Assembly (NCBI RefSeq): GCF_028368995.1
Contig: NZ_JAQNDL010000002.1
Span: 1,248,001-1,312,000, forward strand
Origin: Nannocystis bainbridge
Lineage (GTDB): Bacteria; Myxococcota_A; Polyangia; Nannocystales; Nannocystaceae
DNA length: 64,000 nucleotides
Reading direction: 5' to 3'
The notes under the pieces are model-generated. The model had not been told where the DNA came from, ran no database searches, and saw nothing but the letters and a program-made list of their open reading frames with translations. Below, one piece after another: positions 1 to 9,830 of this stretch. Both the position numbers and the translations under genes were made by a program. Each line of letters begins with the position of its first letter. Position 1 is the stretch's first letter.

Positions 1-314
1 GCGATCGGACCTGCCGCATCGGGCATGTCCGAAGGGGCATGTTCCTCGGGCTCGTCGGGCGGGGCCTCGGGGGCGACGCCGAGCAGGTCGTCGGGGTCGC
101 CGATGGTGACCTGGGCGCCGCAGACGATCGGCAGGCCGAGCTTCTGCGCGGCGACGTGGGCGCGCACGAGGCCATAGATGCCGTCGCGGTCGGTCAGCGC
201 GAGGGCCTGGAGGCCGCTGGCGTGGGCGGCGTTCACCAGCTCGTCGGGGTGCGAGGCGCCCTCGAGGAAGGAGAAGTTGCTCTTGACCCACAGAGCGGCG
301 GCGCGGACGGTCAT
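1..314 (-). CDS. dnaE2: Error-prone DNA polymerase DnaE2/ImuC, N-terminal PHP domain (runs off window start)
   Basis: Manual translation from ATG at 314 gives MTVRAAALWVKSNFSFLEGASHPDELV...ALALTDRDGIYGLVRAHVAA. This matches the DnaE2 PHP start (SNFSFLxGASHP, LTDRDGxYG). It lies directly downstream of imuB. Confidence 0.9.
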   Translation of the reverse strand, partial: MTVRAAALWVKSNFSFLEGASHPDELVNAAHASGLQALALTDRDGIYGLVRAHVAAQKLGLPIVCGAQVTIGDPDDLLGVAPEAPPDEPEEHAPSDMPDAAGPI

Positions 315-326
315 CGGCCGGCTCTC

Positions 327-1958
327 TCAGTCGAGGATCCCGTGGATGTACCAGCGGTCGCGCGGGCGGTCGTAGAACAGCCAGGCGATGTCGCCGTGGG
401 CGGTCTCGGCGAAGTAGTAGTCGCGCTCGACCTCGCGGGCCCACCAGCCGCCGCTGATCCGGTACGGCCCGGCCATGCGCACGACGGCGCCGCGGACCAG
501 GCCGCTGGCGGCCAGCCAGTGCTCGTCGGCCTCGTCGCGGCGCGGCAGCGGGACCGGCCGCGGGAGCAGGCGCCGGCACAGCGGCGGGGCGGCCAGGGCC
601 TCATGATGGTTGGCCGGGAGGTCGTGCACGATCGGGCACGTCACGTCGGACACGGGCTCCCAGGCGAAGCTGGCCTCGGGGAGGTGGGCGGAGCGCAGGC
701 TGGCGCGGGTGACGGCCTGCTCGCCGAACGCGGCGCGGACGCGGGCGAGGGCCCGGGCGGCGGCGGCGAGGTCGCGACCGCGGCCGCGCAGGAGGGCGAG
801 CTGCTCGGCGCGGGCGCGGGCGCCGAGGCCGACGAGGACGACGCGCTTGACCGGGGCGGCGAGGGTGAGGCCGTCGAGGCGCAGGCGCAGGAGGTCGAGC
901 AGCTGCAGCAGATCTTCGGGCTCGGCCTGCAGCGGGGCGGCCGGCTCGACGGTGGTGACGGCGGGATCTTCGTGGTCGAGCTCGAGGGTGAGGCGGAGCT
1001 CGACGAGGGCGTCGCCGCCGCTGCAGACCTGGCGTAAGAGACAGGCGATCGGCTCCTTGAGCGCGAACAGCAGCCGCTCGCGGTCGTCGTCGGGCGGGTC
1101 GATCTCGAGCGCGAGCTCGGGCGGATCGTCGGGCTGCGACGGCCGCAGCGGGGCGTGCTCGCGGCCGGAGGCGCGGGCGTGGAGGGCGGCGGCGGCGCTG
1201 CCGAGGCGGGTCCGCACGTCGGCGGCGGGCAGGGCGAGGAAGCCGCCGAGGGTGGAGATCCCGAGCTTCTCGAGGGTGTCCTGAAGGACAGGTGCGAGGT
1301 CGAGCGCGGCGAGCGGGACGGCGCCGACGCGGGCGGCCTCCTCGGCCGGGCTGGCGAGCACGAGCGGGGCGCTCAGCGAGCCGTGGCGGGCCAGGGCGAG
1401 GGTGTGAAAGCGGGTGAAGCCGACGGCGACCCCGGCGGTGTAGCCGAGCGCCTGGAGGTCGCTCCGCAGCCCGCCGGCCCAGGTCGGGAGGTCGCCCTGC
1501 AGCCGCTCGAGGCCGGTGGGATCGAGCCAGAAGACGCCGCGCGGATCGAGGCACGGCTCGACCCGCGGCGAGCGGCGCAGGAGCGCGCGCAGCAGCTCGT
1601 CGGCGGCCTCGTCGAGCATGTCCTCGGGGACAGGTTCGGCGTGGAGATCGGGCACCAGGCCGCGGGCGGCGGCGCAGCGCATGCCGCGAGCGACGCCGCG
1701 GCGCCGCGCGGCCTGGTTGGCCCACAGGACCTCGGCCTGCGGGCCCTCGCGGCGGAGGACGGCGACCGGGGCGCCGCGCAGCTCGGGCCGCCGCCGCAGC
1801 AGGACCTGCAGCGGAAAGGCGGGCAGGTGGGCGCAAGCGAGCCGCGCGGGCGGGTCGAGAGCGAGGCTGTCCTCAGGGACATGTGCCGATGCGCGCGCGC
1901 TGCCGAGGCTCGCAGGCGGAGCTTGGAAGTGGAGCGCGGGCTGGGAGGGACGAGCCAT
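327..1958 (-). CDS. imuB: ImuB, inactive Y-family DNA polymerase
   Basis: Y-family-like N-terminus (NQAARRRGVARGM, SPRVE) and the typical C-terminal GPYRISGGWW...ERDYY...WLFYDR motif. Sits between imuA and dnaE2. Confidence 0.9.
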   Translation of the reverse strand: MARPSQPALHFQAPPASLGSARASAHVPEDSLALDPPARLACAHLPAFPLQVLLRRRPELRGAPVAVLRREGPQAEVLWANQAARRRGVARGMRCAAARGLVPDLHAEPVPEDMLDEAADELLRALLRRSPRVEPCLDPRGVFWLDPTGLERLQGDLPTWAGGLRSDLQALGYTAGVAVGFTRFHTLALARHGSLSAPLVLASPAEEAARVGAVPLAALDLAPVLQDTLEKLGISTLGGFLALPAADVRTRLGSAAAALHARASGREHAPLRPSQPDDPPELALEIDPPDDDRERLLFALKEPIACLLRQVCSGGDALVELRLTLELDHEDPAVTTVEPAAPLQAEPEDLLQLLDLLRLRLDGLTLAAPVKRVVLVGLGARARAEQLALLRGRGRDLAAAARALARVRAAFGEQAVTRASLRSAHLPEASFAWEPVSDVTCPIVHDLPANHHEALAAPPLCRRLLPRPVPLPRRDEADEHWLAASGLVRGAVVRMAGPYRISGGWWAREVERDYYFAETAHGDIAWLFYDRPRDRWYIHGILD

Positions 1959-2099
1959 GAGGCGCGGCGCCTTGAAAGGCGAGCGAGCGGAGGAACGAGC
2001 GGAGCGCGGCGAGCGAGAGCGGGGCGAACGGAGCGCTGCGAAGGCGCAGGGGAGCGCGAGCGCGCGGCGGACTGAAGCGCGGACCGGAGCGCGGGCGCG

Positions 2100-2849
2100 T
2101 CAGGCCAGGCCCCAGGGGCCGCGGCGGAGCTCGCTGGCCGCGAGGCGCGGGGCGGCGCCCTTGTGCTTGAGGACGTCGGGGCGGAGGGCGAACAGGCCGG
2201 CGCCGCGGCGCTCGCGGCGGGGCTGGAGGCGCAGGCCGACCATCGGGCCCAGCGAGTCGCGCCGGGCCGAGCCGCGGGTCAGGAGGACGACGCGGCAGCC
2301 GTGCGCGCGCGCGAGGCCGGCCAGGCGCGCCTGCCAGGCGCTGCCGTGCAGTCCTCGAGGACAGGTCCGAACGGACATGCCCTCGGGGACAGGGCGATCG
2401 GTGGCCGGGATCTTGTCGCTCGCGTCCGCGCGGGCGGGCGGCGGGGCGCTGAGGTCGAGGACGCACAGGCCGTAACCGCCCGAGCGCAGCAGCAGCTCGG
2501 CGGCGCGAGCGATGCCGGCGGCGCCGCGATCCTCGGGGATGTGGACGACGATGAGGGAGTCGAGGTCGACGCCGGAGTCGGCCAGATCGGGCGGGAACAG
2601 CGGCCCGCCGACCGGCTGAATCCACACGGTGGTCTCGCCCTCGAGCTGGGCCTGACGGACCAGCGCGACGGCGGTGGTGAGGCGCGCGCCGGCGGCCCCG
2701 CCCGAGACCTCGATCAGCTTGCCGGGCGCGGCCAGGGTGACGAAGGAGGCGGGAGAAGCGGCGCTTTCGGTGTCTGCGGGAGCTGTCCCTTCGGACAGCT
2801 CATCCACCACGCCTTCCTCTTCGACCCCCCTCAACGCCACGACCGTCAT
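2100..2849 (-). CDS. imuA: ImuA / RecA-like mutagenesis protein
   Basis: GKLIEVSG with a degenerate P-loop, LFPPDLADSGVDLDSL, AAELLLRSGGYGLCVLDL. First gene of the imuAB-dnaE2 cassette. Confidence 0.8.
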   Translation of the reverse strand: MTVVALRGVEEEGVVDELSEGTAPADTESAASPASFVTLAAPGKLIEVSGGAAGARLTTAVALVRQAQLEGETTVWIQPVGGPLFPPDLADSGVDLDSLIVVHIPEDRGAAGIARAAELLLRSGGYGLCVLDLSAPPPARADASDKIPATDRPVPEGMSVRTCPRGLHGSAWQARLAGLARAHGCRVVLLTRGSARRDSLGPMVGLRLQPRRERRGAGLFALRPDVLKHKGAAPRLAASELRRGPWGLA

Positions 2850-2862
2850 GCGTCAAGGTTTA

Positions 2863-2878
2863 CTGAACATCCAATCAG
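2863..2878 (-). promoter_or_regulatory. Putative LexA (SOS) box upstream of imuA
   Basis: Minus strand reads CTGATTGGATGTTCAG, which shares the CTR...GTTCAG ends and spacing of the Myxococcus-type LexA box. It lies in an AT-rich patch 13 bp upstream of the imuA ATG. Confidence 0.55.
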
Positions 2879-3038
2879 AATCAAAGAAATTTGTGTGTCC
2901 TGGCTTACGCTCGGAACTGACCTGCGCGTTCCGGCGCACTGCGCGAGGCTGCGCAGCGCGGATGTGCTCGCGGGCTCGACCTGCTCGAAAGGACAGGTCA
3001 GAAAAGCGCGCGTGAGCGCGTGGTAAAACCGGCAATCG

Positions 3039-3950
3039 ATGGCAGGTGACAGCTCGACCGCCCACATCATCCAGTCGCTCGTCGCCAACTTGCTGATCGC
3101 GGTGGCGAAGGGCGTGGCAGCGATGATCACGGGCTCGGGCGCCATGCTCGCCGAGACGCTGCACTCGCTGGCCGATTGCGGGAATCAGCTGCTGCTGCTG
3201 CTCGGCGTGCGCATGAGCCGGCGACCGCCGAGCGAGAAGCACCCGCTCGGCCACGGCCGCTCGCTCTACTTCTGGTCGTTCATGGTGGCGCTGTTGTTGT
3301 TCTCGGGCGGCGGGGTGTTCTCGCTGTACGAGGGCTTCCACAAGCTCGGCCACGCGGGCGAGGTGGAGAGCGTGGAGGTCGCCCTGGCGGTGCTGGCGCT
3401 GTCGTTGGCGATCGAGGGCTGGGCGACGCTGAAGAACATCGGCGAGATGAACAAGCGCCGCCGCGGCAAGCCGTTCTTCCAGTACCTGCGCGACAGCAAG
3501 GACTCGGACCTGGTGGTGGTGTTCGGCGAGAACGCGGCGGCGTGCCTCGGCCTCATCCTGGCGCTGCTGGCCCTGCTGATGGCGAGCGTGACGGGCGACG
3601 GGCGCTGGGACGCCATCGGGACGCTGGCGATCGGCGCGGTGCTGATCGGCGTGGCGGTGTTCCTGGCCGTCGAGGTGAAGTCGCTGCTGGTCGGCGAGGC
3701 CGCCGATCCGGAGATCGCGGCGGCCGCCGCGGCGCTGGCCGTCGAGGACCCGAAGATCACGCGCGTGCTGCGGCTCATCACGGTGCAGCAAGGCCCCGGC
3801 GAGGTGCTGGTCGCGGTCAAGCTGGGGTTCGCCGAGGGGATGACGGTCGAGCAGGTCGCGGGGACGATCAATGAGTTCGAGACCCGCCTGCGCGGCCGCT
3901 GCCCCGAAGTGAAGTGGTGCTTCGTCGAGCCCGACATCCCGCGCACGTGA
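3039..3950 (+). CDS. Cation diffusion facilitator (CDF) family transporter
   Basis: GSGAMLAETLHSLAD, HPLGHGR, multiple transmembrane segments and a C-terminal cytoplasmic domain ending FVEPD. Confidence 0.9.
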   Translation: MAGDSSTAHIIQSLVANLLIAVAKGVAAMITGSGAMLAETLHSLADCGNQLLLLLGVRMSRRPPSEKHPLGHGRSLYFWSFMVALLLFSGGGVFSLYEGFHKLGHAGEVESVEVALAVLALSLAIEGWATLKNIGEMNKRRRGKPFFQYLRDSKDSDLVVVFGENAAACLGLILALLALLMASVTGDGRWDAIGTLAIGAVLIGVAVFLAVEVKSLLVGEAADPEIAAAAAALAVEDPKITRVLRLITVQQGPGEVLVAVKLGFAEGMTVEQVAGTINEFETRLRGRCPEVKWCFVEPDIPRT

Positions 3951-4042
3951 GCGCCGGAGCGAGAGACGGCGGACGGGGCGCTACGAGCCTCGAGCATGCG
4001 GGGCGGTGACTCGCACGCGTCAGGCTTCGTGAGCCTGAAGCA

Positions 4043-4438
4043 TCACTCGCGGCCGGTCTCGAACACGAGGCGTCGCGCGAACTCTCCCTCGACGAGGGCG
4101 GCGGCGGCCTCGGCCAGCTGGGCGACGCGGTCGCTGCGTTCGCTGCGGGCGAGGTCGCGGATCTGGTCGAGGAGGGCGCGGTAGGCCCCGAGCAGGCTCT
4201 CGCGCGCGCTGGACAGGCTGTCGGGCGACGATGGGACGTGCGTGGGCGTCACTCGCTGAGGTGATGTGTCCGAAGAGACAGGTTCCGCTGAGTCCGTCGG
4301 GCCGGTTCCTTTGGACATGTCCAATGGGACATGTCTATAGGGAAAGGTGGCGGACGGCGAGGTCGCTCCGGGTTCATCGGGCCTGGTCGGGCCGGACGGC
4401 GTGGCGGGGTTCGTCGTCTCCAGATCGTCGTCGTGCAT
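4043..4438 (-). CDS. Hypothetical protein (disordered N-terminus, helical C-terminus)
   Basis: ORF from ATG at 4438 (MHDDDLETT...) preceded by GGAGG-like sequence. No recognisable domain. Confidence 0.4.
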   Translation of the reverse strand: MHDDDLETTNPATPSGPTRPDEPGATSPSATFPYRHVPLDMSKGTGPTDSAEPVSSDTSPQRVTPTHVPSSPDSLSSARESLLGAYRALLDQIRDLARSERSDRVAQLAEAAAALVEGEFARRLVFETGRE

Positions 4439-4615
4439 CCGAGGCCTCCACGCGAGCCGGTCGCGGCCCGGGCGGCCAGCGTTCTCCGGGGAGGGCGAGG
4501 GTGTCAACGTTCGATCGGGCGCGCGCCGACGCTGCCGCGATCGCGCGGCGCGAGCTCGGCCGTTGAAAGAGCTGTCGCGAGAGACAGGTGAGCGCGCGAG
4601 CGATCGCGGGCGCTC

Positions 4616-5764
4616 TCAGAACGGCACGGAGAAGGCCAGGCTGCCGAGGCGGGCGTACGGCCCGAAGCGGTAGCCCTCCGAGTAGAAGACGTGGTTGTAC
4701 GTCGCCTGCACCCACGCGCCCTTGAGCCAGTGGAGCCCGCGCACGCGGGCGAGGCCGTCGAGCTCGACGGTCATCTCGACGCCGGGGGTGTGCGAGTGGA
4801 ACTTGGTCATCTTCGGGTCGGCGGTGCGATAGATGGTGTCGCTGCCGTAGTTGCCGTCTTCGCGCCAGAAGTAGGCGCCGGACTGGGTGTAGAAGCGGTA
4901 GCGCAGGCGCAGGACGACGCGGCGGAGGAAGCGGACGTGAGCGCGGACCTCGGGGGCGTGGGCGACGATGGCCCAGTCGTCGGCGTAGAAGCGGTAGCGA
5001 CCCTCGAGCACGAGCGGGGTTTTAGGCACGGCGTAGCGCAGGAAGCCGCTCAGGGCGAGGCGCCGGCGCTGGCGCGGGTGCGACTCGTCGAGGCCGTCGC
5101 GGACCTTGCGGTAGGGGTTGTCCTGCGGGCCCTTGGAATAGATGCCCTCGGCCAGCACGCCGCCGAGCAGCCGGCGGGTGAGGGCGTGGGTGTACCCGAG
5201 CCCGAGGTAGTGGACCTGCAGGAGGTTCGAAGGGCGCGCACCTGTCCCGGAGGACATCTCCTCGAGGTTCATGCGACCGCCGGTCCACGGGATGGCCCGA
5301 CCGCCGTAGAGCTGCAGCACGGAGTCGAGGTTGGCCATGTACTGCAGGCTGACGGTGCCGGCGCGGTTGAAGACGTCGCGCGCGCCGCCGAGGCCGAAGC
5401 TGCGCGAGACCCAATCGCTCTCGGTCGAGTAGCGGAAGAAGCCGCCGAACGACCACTCCTTGAGCCGCGCAGAGGCCCGCAGGGTGCCCTCGTGGCGGAA
5501 CTCGGTGAAGAGGAAGTCGCCGCCGGTGACGGCCGCCGCGCCGGCGCCGATCGAGGCCGAGGTGACGGAGTCGAGCAGGTACTCGGCGCCGATCGTGAAG
5601 CGCTCGTCGGGGAGGTCCTTCTCGACGTAGACGACCGGCGCGAGCACCCGGGTCGAGGTCTCGCGGTAGTAGTTGCCGCGCACGGTGACGCGATCCTCGG
5701 CCGCGAGATCGCGGGCGACGAGGAGCGAGACGAAACAGGCGAGGAAGACTAGCCGCAGCCGCAT
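4616..5764 (-). CDS. DUF3570-like outer-membrane beta-barrel protein
   Basis: Signal peptide, DSVTSAS motif, NPY, RYRFYADDWAIVAH, RYRFYTQSGAYF, TADPKM, C-terminal Phe. Adjacent to a DUF4266-like gene. Confidence 0.75.
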   Translation of the reverse strand: MRLRLVFLACFVSLLVARDLAAEDRVTVRGNYYRETSTRVLAPVVYVEKDLPDERFTIGAEYLLDSVTSASIGAGAAAVTGGDFLFTEFRHEGTLRASARLKEWSFGGFFRYSTESDWVSRSFGLGGARDVFNRAGTVSLQYMANLDSVLQLYGGRAIPWTGGRMNLEEMSSGTGARPSNLLQVHYLGLGYTHALTRRLLGGVLAEGIYSKGPQDNPYRKVRDGLDESHPRQRRRLALSGFLRYAVPKTPLVLEGRYRFYADDWAIVAHAPEVRAHVRFLRRVVLRLRYRFYTQSGAYFWREDGNYGSDTIYRTADPKMTKFHSHTPGVEMTVELDGLARVRGLHWLKGAWVQATYNHVFYSEGYRFGPYARLGSLAFSVPF

Positions 5765-5973
5765 CCGCCACCTGCGGCGCCGTGCCCGCCGAACCCGCCT
5801 TCGCGCGCCGATTCGACGTGCGACTGGAACTTGTCCTCCATGCCTTCGGCGGCGGGGTTCATCTCGGGGCGGCTCAGGACCTCGCGCTCGGACGGACGAA
5901 CCGTGGCGCAGCCGGCAGGCAGAGCGAGGGCTGCGAGGACGAGGGCGACGAGGCGCGCGGGTCCGGCGAACAT
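5749..5973 (-). CDS. DUF4266-like small lipoprotein
   Basis: Lipobox (AGC), VRPSERExL and the C-terminal REGGFGG...GGGCGC signature. Confidence 0.75.
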   Translation of the reverse strand: MFAGPARLVALVLAALALPAGCATVRPSEREVLSRPEMNPAAEGMEDKFQSHVESAREGGFGGHGAAGGGCGCG

Positions 5974-6082
5974 CGGCCCGACCTTAGCCGCAGAAATCTC
6001 GCGGCAGCAAGGCCCCGCGGATCGGGCTTCGCCGGCGCGGCACCCTTGTCAGCGCGGCGCGCCTGGTCTATCCCCCGTGCGA

Positions 6083-6793
6083 ATGGGCCTCCTGATCGTC
6101 ATCGACGGGCCTGCGGGCGCAGGAAAGAGCACGGTCGCGCGCCGCGTGGCGCAGCACTTCGGACTGCCGGTGCTCGACACCGGCGCCATCTACCGCACGC
6201 TGGCGCTGGCGGCCCGCGAGCGCGGGATCGCCTGGAGCGACGAGCCCGGGTTGGTGGCGCTGGCCGCGGGCCTGCCCATCCGCTTCGAGGCGGCCAGCGA
6301 GACTGGCGGCCCGCGGGTGCTGTGCGACGGGCGAGACGTCACGCAGGCGATCCGGACGCCGGAGATCTCCGATGGTTCGTCGCAGGTGTCGGCGCTGCCG
6401 GCGGTCCGCGCCAGTCTGTTGGAGATCCAGCGTCGCCTCGGCCGGGACGGCTGCGTGGCCGAGGGCCGCGACCTGGGGACGGTGGTGTTCCCCGATGCGA
6501 CGCACAAGTTCTTCCTCACGGCCAGCGACGCCGTCCGCGCCGCCCGACGTCAGGCCGAGCTCGAGGGCGTCGCGCTGGCGGACGTCCTGCGCGACCTGAA
6601 CCGGCGTGACGAACGCGATCGGTCCCGCGCTGCCGCCCCGATGGCCCGGGCCGAGGACGCCGTTCTCGTCGATTCCAGCGATCTCGACGCCGACGCGGTG
6701 GTGGCCGCCATCGTGCGCGCCGTGACGTCCAGGCTCTCTGGGCCCGGCGGGGCCGCCGGTGGGCCGGTTGACGGGTCGCCCAAAAGCGCCTAG
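6083..6793 (+). CDS. cmk: Cytidylate kinase
   Basis: IDGPAGAGKST, LDTGAIYR, EGRDLGTVVFPDA, RRDERD. Upstream of rpsA. Confidence 0.95.
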   Translation: MGLLIVIDGPAGAGKSTVARRVAQHFGLPVLDTGAIYRTLALAARERGIAWSDEPGLVALAAGLPIRFEAASETGGPRVLCDGRDVTQAIRTPEISDGSSQVSALPAVRASLLEIQRRLGRDGCVAEGRDLGTVVFPDATHKFFLTASDAVRAARRQAELEGVALADVLRDLNRRDERDRSRAAAPMARAEDAVLVDSSDLDADAVVAAIVRAVTSRLSGPGGAAGGPVDGSPKSA

Positions 6794-6796
6794 CTT
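6768..6796 (+). promoter_or_regulatory. Sigma70-like promoter for rpsA inside the 3' end of cmk
   Basis: TTGACG (6768-6773), a 17-bp spacer, then TAGCTT (6791-6796). Confidence 0.6.
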
Positions 6797-6910
6797 CCCC
6801 CCGCTCGCGTAGGCCAGAGTGGCGTGCGTCGTGCGTGTCCGTCAGGTCACGTCCACGAGGCCGCTCCTCTCAAAGAGCCAACGCGGGGCGGAAGGAACTT
6901 TCACCCGAAC

Positions 6911-8623
6911 ATGCAAGAGCAACACAACCTGCGCGCCGACGGAGACGATGATTTCGCGGCGCTCTTCGAGAAGAACACCCAGGAGAATCCGGAGATCCGT
7001 GAAGGCACGATCGTCCTGGGGACCATCGTCGACATTATCGGCGAGTACGCCGTGGTCGATGTCGGTTGCAAGGCAGAGGGCCAGGTCCCGCTGCGAGAGT
7101 TCGCCGAGGAAGACGGCAGCATCAACATCCGCGTCGGCGACAAGATCGAGGTCCTCCTCGAGGCGCAAGAGGACAACAACGGCCTCGTGGTCCTGTCGAA
7201 GGACAAGGCCCGCAAGCGCAAGGTGTGGGACGAGATCCAGACGGCGTGCGAGGCCGAGGGTCTGGTCCGCGGCACCATCCAGGCCCGCGTGAAGGGCGGC
7301 CTTGCGGTGCTGCTGCAGGGCGGCGTGAAGGCGTTCTTGCCGGGGAGCCAGGTCGATCTGCGGCCCGTCCGCAACCTGGACACCTTCATCGCCAAGGACT
7401 TCGACTTCAAGATTATAAAGTTCAACAAGAAGCGCGGTAACATCGTGTTGTCGCGCCGGGTGCTGCTCGAGGCGGAGCGCGCCAACCTGAAGAGCGACAC
7501 GCTCAACCGGCTGCAAGAGGGCGAGATCGTCGAGGGTGTGGTCAAGAACCTCACCGACTACGGTGCCTTCATCGACCTCGGCGGCATCGACGGCCTGCTC
7601 CACATCACGGACATGTCGTGGGGCCGCGTCAACCACCCGAGCGAGCTGTTCCAGGTCGGCGACAAGGTTCGCGTCAAGGTCCTGAAGTTCAACTCGGACT
7701 CCGAGCGCGTCAGCCTCGGCCTCAAGCAGATCACCGCGGATCCGTGGGTCAACGCCGAGCAGCGTTACATCCCCGGCACCGTGGTCGAGGGCAAGGTCGT
7801 CAGCATCAAGGACTACGGCGCCTTCATCGAGCTCGAGGAGGGCATCGAGGGTCTGGTCCACGTGTCCGAGATGTCCTGGACGCGCCAGATCAAGAACCCG
7901 AAGCAGATCCTCAAGATCGGCGATCAGGTCCGCGCGGTGGTCCTCGACATCGACGTGTCGCAGAACCGCATCTCCCTCGGCATGAAGCAGCTCGAGGAGA
8001 ACCCGTACGACAAGGTGCTCGAGACCTACCCGCCGGGCACCATCGTCGAGGGCGTGGTCCGCAACATCGCCGACTTCGGCGTGTTCGTGGAGCTCGAGCC
8101 GGGCATCGACGGCCTCGTGCACATCACGGATCTCAGCTGGACGCAGCGGGTCCGTCACCCGAGCGAGCTGTTCAAGAAGGGCGACCGCGTCCGCGCGATG
8201 GTCCTGAACATCGACAACTCGGGCGAGAAGCCGAAGATCAGCCTCGGCCTCAAGCAGCTCGCGCAGGATCCGTGGGACCGGATCCCGTACGACTACCCGA
8301 CGGGCAAGATCTTCGAGGTCAAGATCCTCAAGCTCACCGACTTCGGCGCGTTCGCCGAGCTCGAGCCGGGCATCGAGGGCCTGATCCACATCTCGGAGAT
8401 CAGCGAGGAGCGCATCGAGGACCCCCGGTCGGTGCTCGAGCCGAACCAGCGCGTGCGTGCGGAGCTCATCCAGATGGACCCGGCCGAGCGCAAGATCGGC
8501 CTGTCGATCAAGAGCGCCAAGCGCCAGGACGAGCTCGCCGACGCCCAGGGCTACGCCAACGCCAGCGAGGCCGGCGCGACCCTCGGCGACGTGTTCGCCA
8601 ACAAGTTCCGCGACCGCTCGTAG
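6911..8623 (+). CDS. rpsA: 30S ribosomal protein S1
   Basis: Repeated S1 domains (AFLPGSQVD, YGAFIDLGGIDGLLHITDMSW, RISLG). Start set at ATG 6911. Confidence 0.97.
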   Translation: MQEQHNLRADGDDDFAALFEKNTQENPEIREGTIVLGTIVDIIGEYAVVDVGCKAEGQVPLREFAEEDGSINIRVGDKIEVLLEAQEDNNGLVVLSKDKARKRKVWDEIQTACEAEGLVRGTIQARVKGGLAVLLQGGVKAFLPGSQVDLRPVRNLDTFIAKDFDFKIIKFNKKRGNIVLSRRVLLEAERANLKSDTLNRLQEGEIVEGVVKNLTDYGAFIDLGGIDGLLHITDMSWGRVNHPSELFQVGDKVRVKVLKFNSDSERVSLGLKQITADPWVNAEQRYIPGTVVEGKVVSIKDYGAFIELEEGIEGLVHVSEMSWTRQIKNPKQILKIGDQVRAVVLDIDVSQNRISLGMKQLEENPYDKVLETYPPGTIVEGVVRNIADFGVFVELEPGIDGLVHITDLSWTQRVRHPSELFKKGDRVRAMVLNIDNSGEKPKISLGLKQLAQDPWDRIPYDYPTGKIFEVKILKLTDFGAFAELEPGIEGLIHISEISEERIEDPRSVLEPNQRVRAELIQMDPAERKIGLSIKSAKRQDELADAQGYANASEAGATLGDVFANKFRDRS

Positions 8624-8806
8624 TCGCGGCTCGCTCCGCGCTACGGCGCGGGGCGTGTGAGCTCCCGGCGCCCTGACGGCCGCCGGGCCGACATCGAAGG
8701 CTCTGTCCGATCCGCGGTCTCCGCGGGCGGACGGGGCCTTCGCTGTTTGCGGCGGCGTGCGCGACGGCGCTTGATCGCTCCCCCGAGTCGGGGTAAGCCG
8801 CCGGGC

Positions 8807-9334
8807 ATGGCCGAGGTTCTGGCGAAGGTGCAGACGATCGAAGGCACGCTCGACGCATCGGGGCTGCGGCTGGCGATCGTCGTCAGCCGGTTCAACAGCT
8901 TCATCACCGAGCGCTTGCTCGAGGGGGCCGTCGACGCGCTGGTGCGCTCGGGGGCCCGCGCCGAGGACATCACGGTGGTGCGCTGCCCGGGGGCCTTCGA
9001 GATCCCGATGGTCGTCGGCCAGGTGCTGTCGGCCAGGAGCTACGACGCCGTGATCACGCTGGGCTGCCTGATCCGCGGCGACACCGTGCACTTCGATCTG
9101 ATCGCGGCCGAGTGCTCGCGCGGCGTGTCGCAGATGGCGCTGGCGTTCGAGGTGCCGGTGACGTTCGGCGTGCTCACGACCGACACGCTCGAGCAGGCGA
9201 TCAACCGCGCCGGCGCCAAGGCGGGCAACAAGGGCGCCGAGGCGGCGATGGCCGCGGTCGAGCAGGTCCGCCTCTATCGCGAGATCGCAAACCGCGGGGC
9301 GAGCGACGCCCAGACCGAGGCCGCCGGTGGCTGA
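8807..9334 (+). CDS. ribH: 6,7-dimethyl-8-ribityllumazine synthase
   Basis: IVVSRFNSFITERLLEGA, PGAFEIP, LGCLIRGDTVHFD, GNKG. Confidence 0.95.
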   Translation: MAEVLAKVQTIEGTLDASGLRLAIVVSRFNSFITERLLEGAVDALVRSGARAEDITVVRCPGAFEIPMVVGQVLSARSYDAVITLGCLIRGDTVHFDLIAAECSRGVSQMALAFEVPVTFGVLTTDTLEQAINRAGAKAGNKGAEAAMAAVEQVRLYREIANRGASDAQTEAAGG

Positions 9335-9830
9335 CGCCAAGCCGCCGCGGCACCCGCAGCGGGCCCAGGGCCGGGAGGTCGCGTTGCTGGCGCTGTGTCA
9401 CCTCGAGTCGTATCGGCCCGAGGAGCGCGCGCGGGCGCTCGAGCTGTTCTGGGCCCACGTGCCGGCCGAGGCCGGCGACGGCGGCCAGGAGCTGCGCGGC
9501 TGGGTGGCCGATCCCAAGGTCGTCGAGTTCGCGCGCCGGCTGCTGGCTGTGAACAGCGAGCGGGCGACGGAGATCGACGCGGCGATCGAGGCGACCTCGC
9601 GGTCGTGGCGGCTGGCGCGGATGGACCGCGTCGACCGCAACGTGCTGCGCCTGGTCGGCGCCGAGAGCCTCGGCCTGTCCGAAACGCCACGTGTGGTGAT
9701 CGTCTCCGAGGCGGTCCGGCTGGCGGCCCGCTACGGCAGCGAGCGCAGCGCGCCGTTCGTCAACGGGGTCGCGCAAGCGCTGGCGGGCAAGCTCCGCGGC
9801 GAGGTCCGCGAGGCCCGCGAGGACGGTTAG
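9327..9830 (+). CDS. nusB: Transcription antitermination factor NusB
   Basis: WRLARMDRVDRNVLRL, EAVRLAARYG, FVNGV. Follows ribH. Confidence 0.92.
   Translation: MADAKPPRHPQRAQGREVALLALCHLESYRPEERARALELFWAHVPAEAGDGGQELRGWVADPKVVEFARRLLAVNSERATEIDAAIEATSRSWRLARMDRVDRNVLRLVGAESLGLSETPRVVIVSEAVRLAARYGSERSAPFVNGVAQALAGKLRGEVREAREDG

Noticed and set aside
6842-9340. Long antisense and alternative-frame ORFs (e.g. 6842-9340, 10203-12605, 21766-24573, 32483-35389, 38592-40442)
   Set aside because: Shadow ORFs expected in very GC-rich DNA opposite clearly identified genes, with no recognisable domains.
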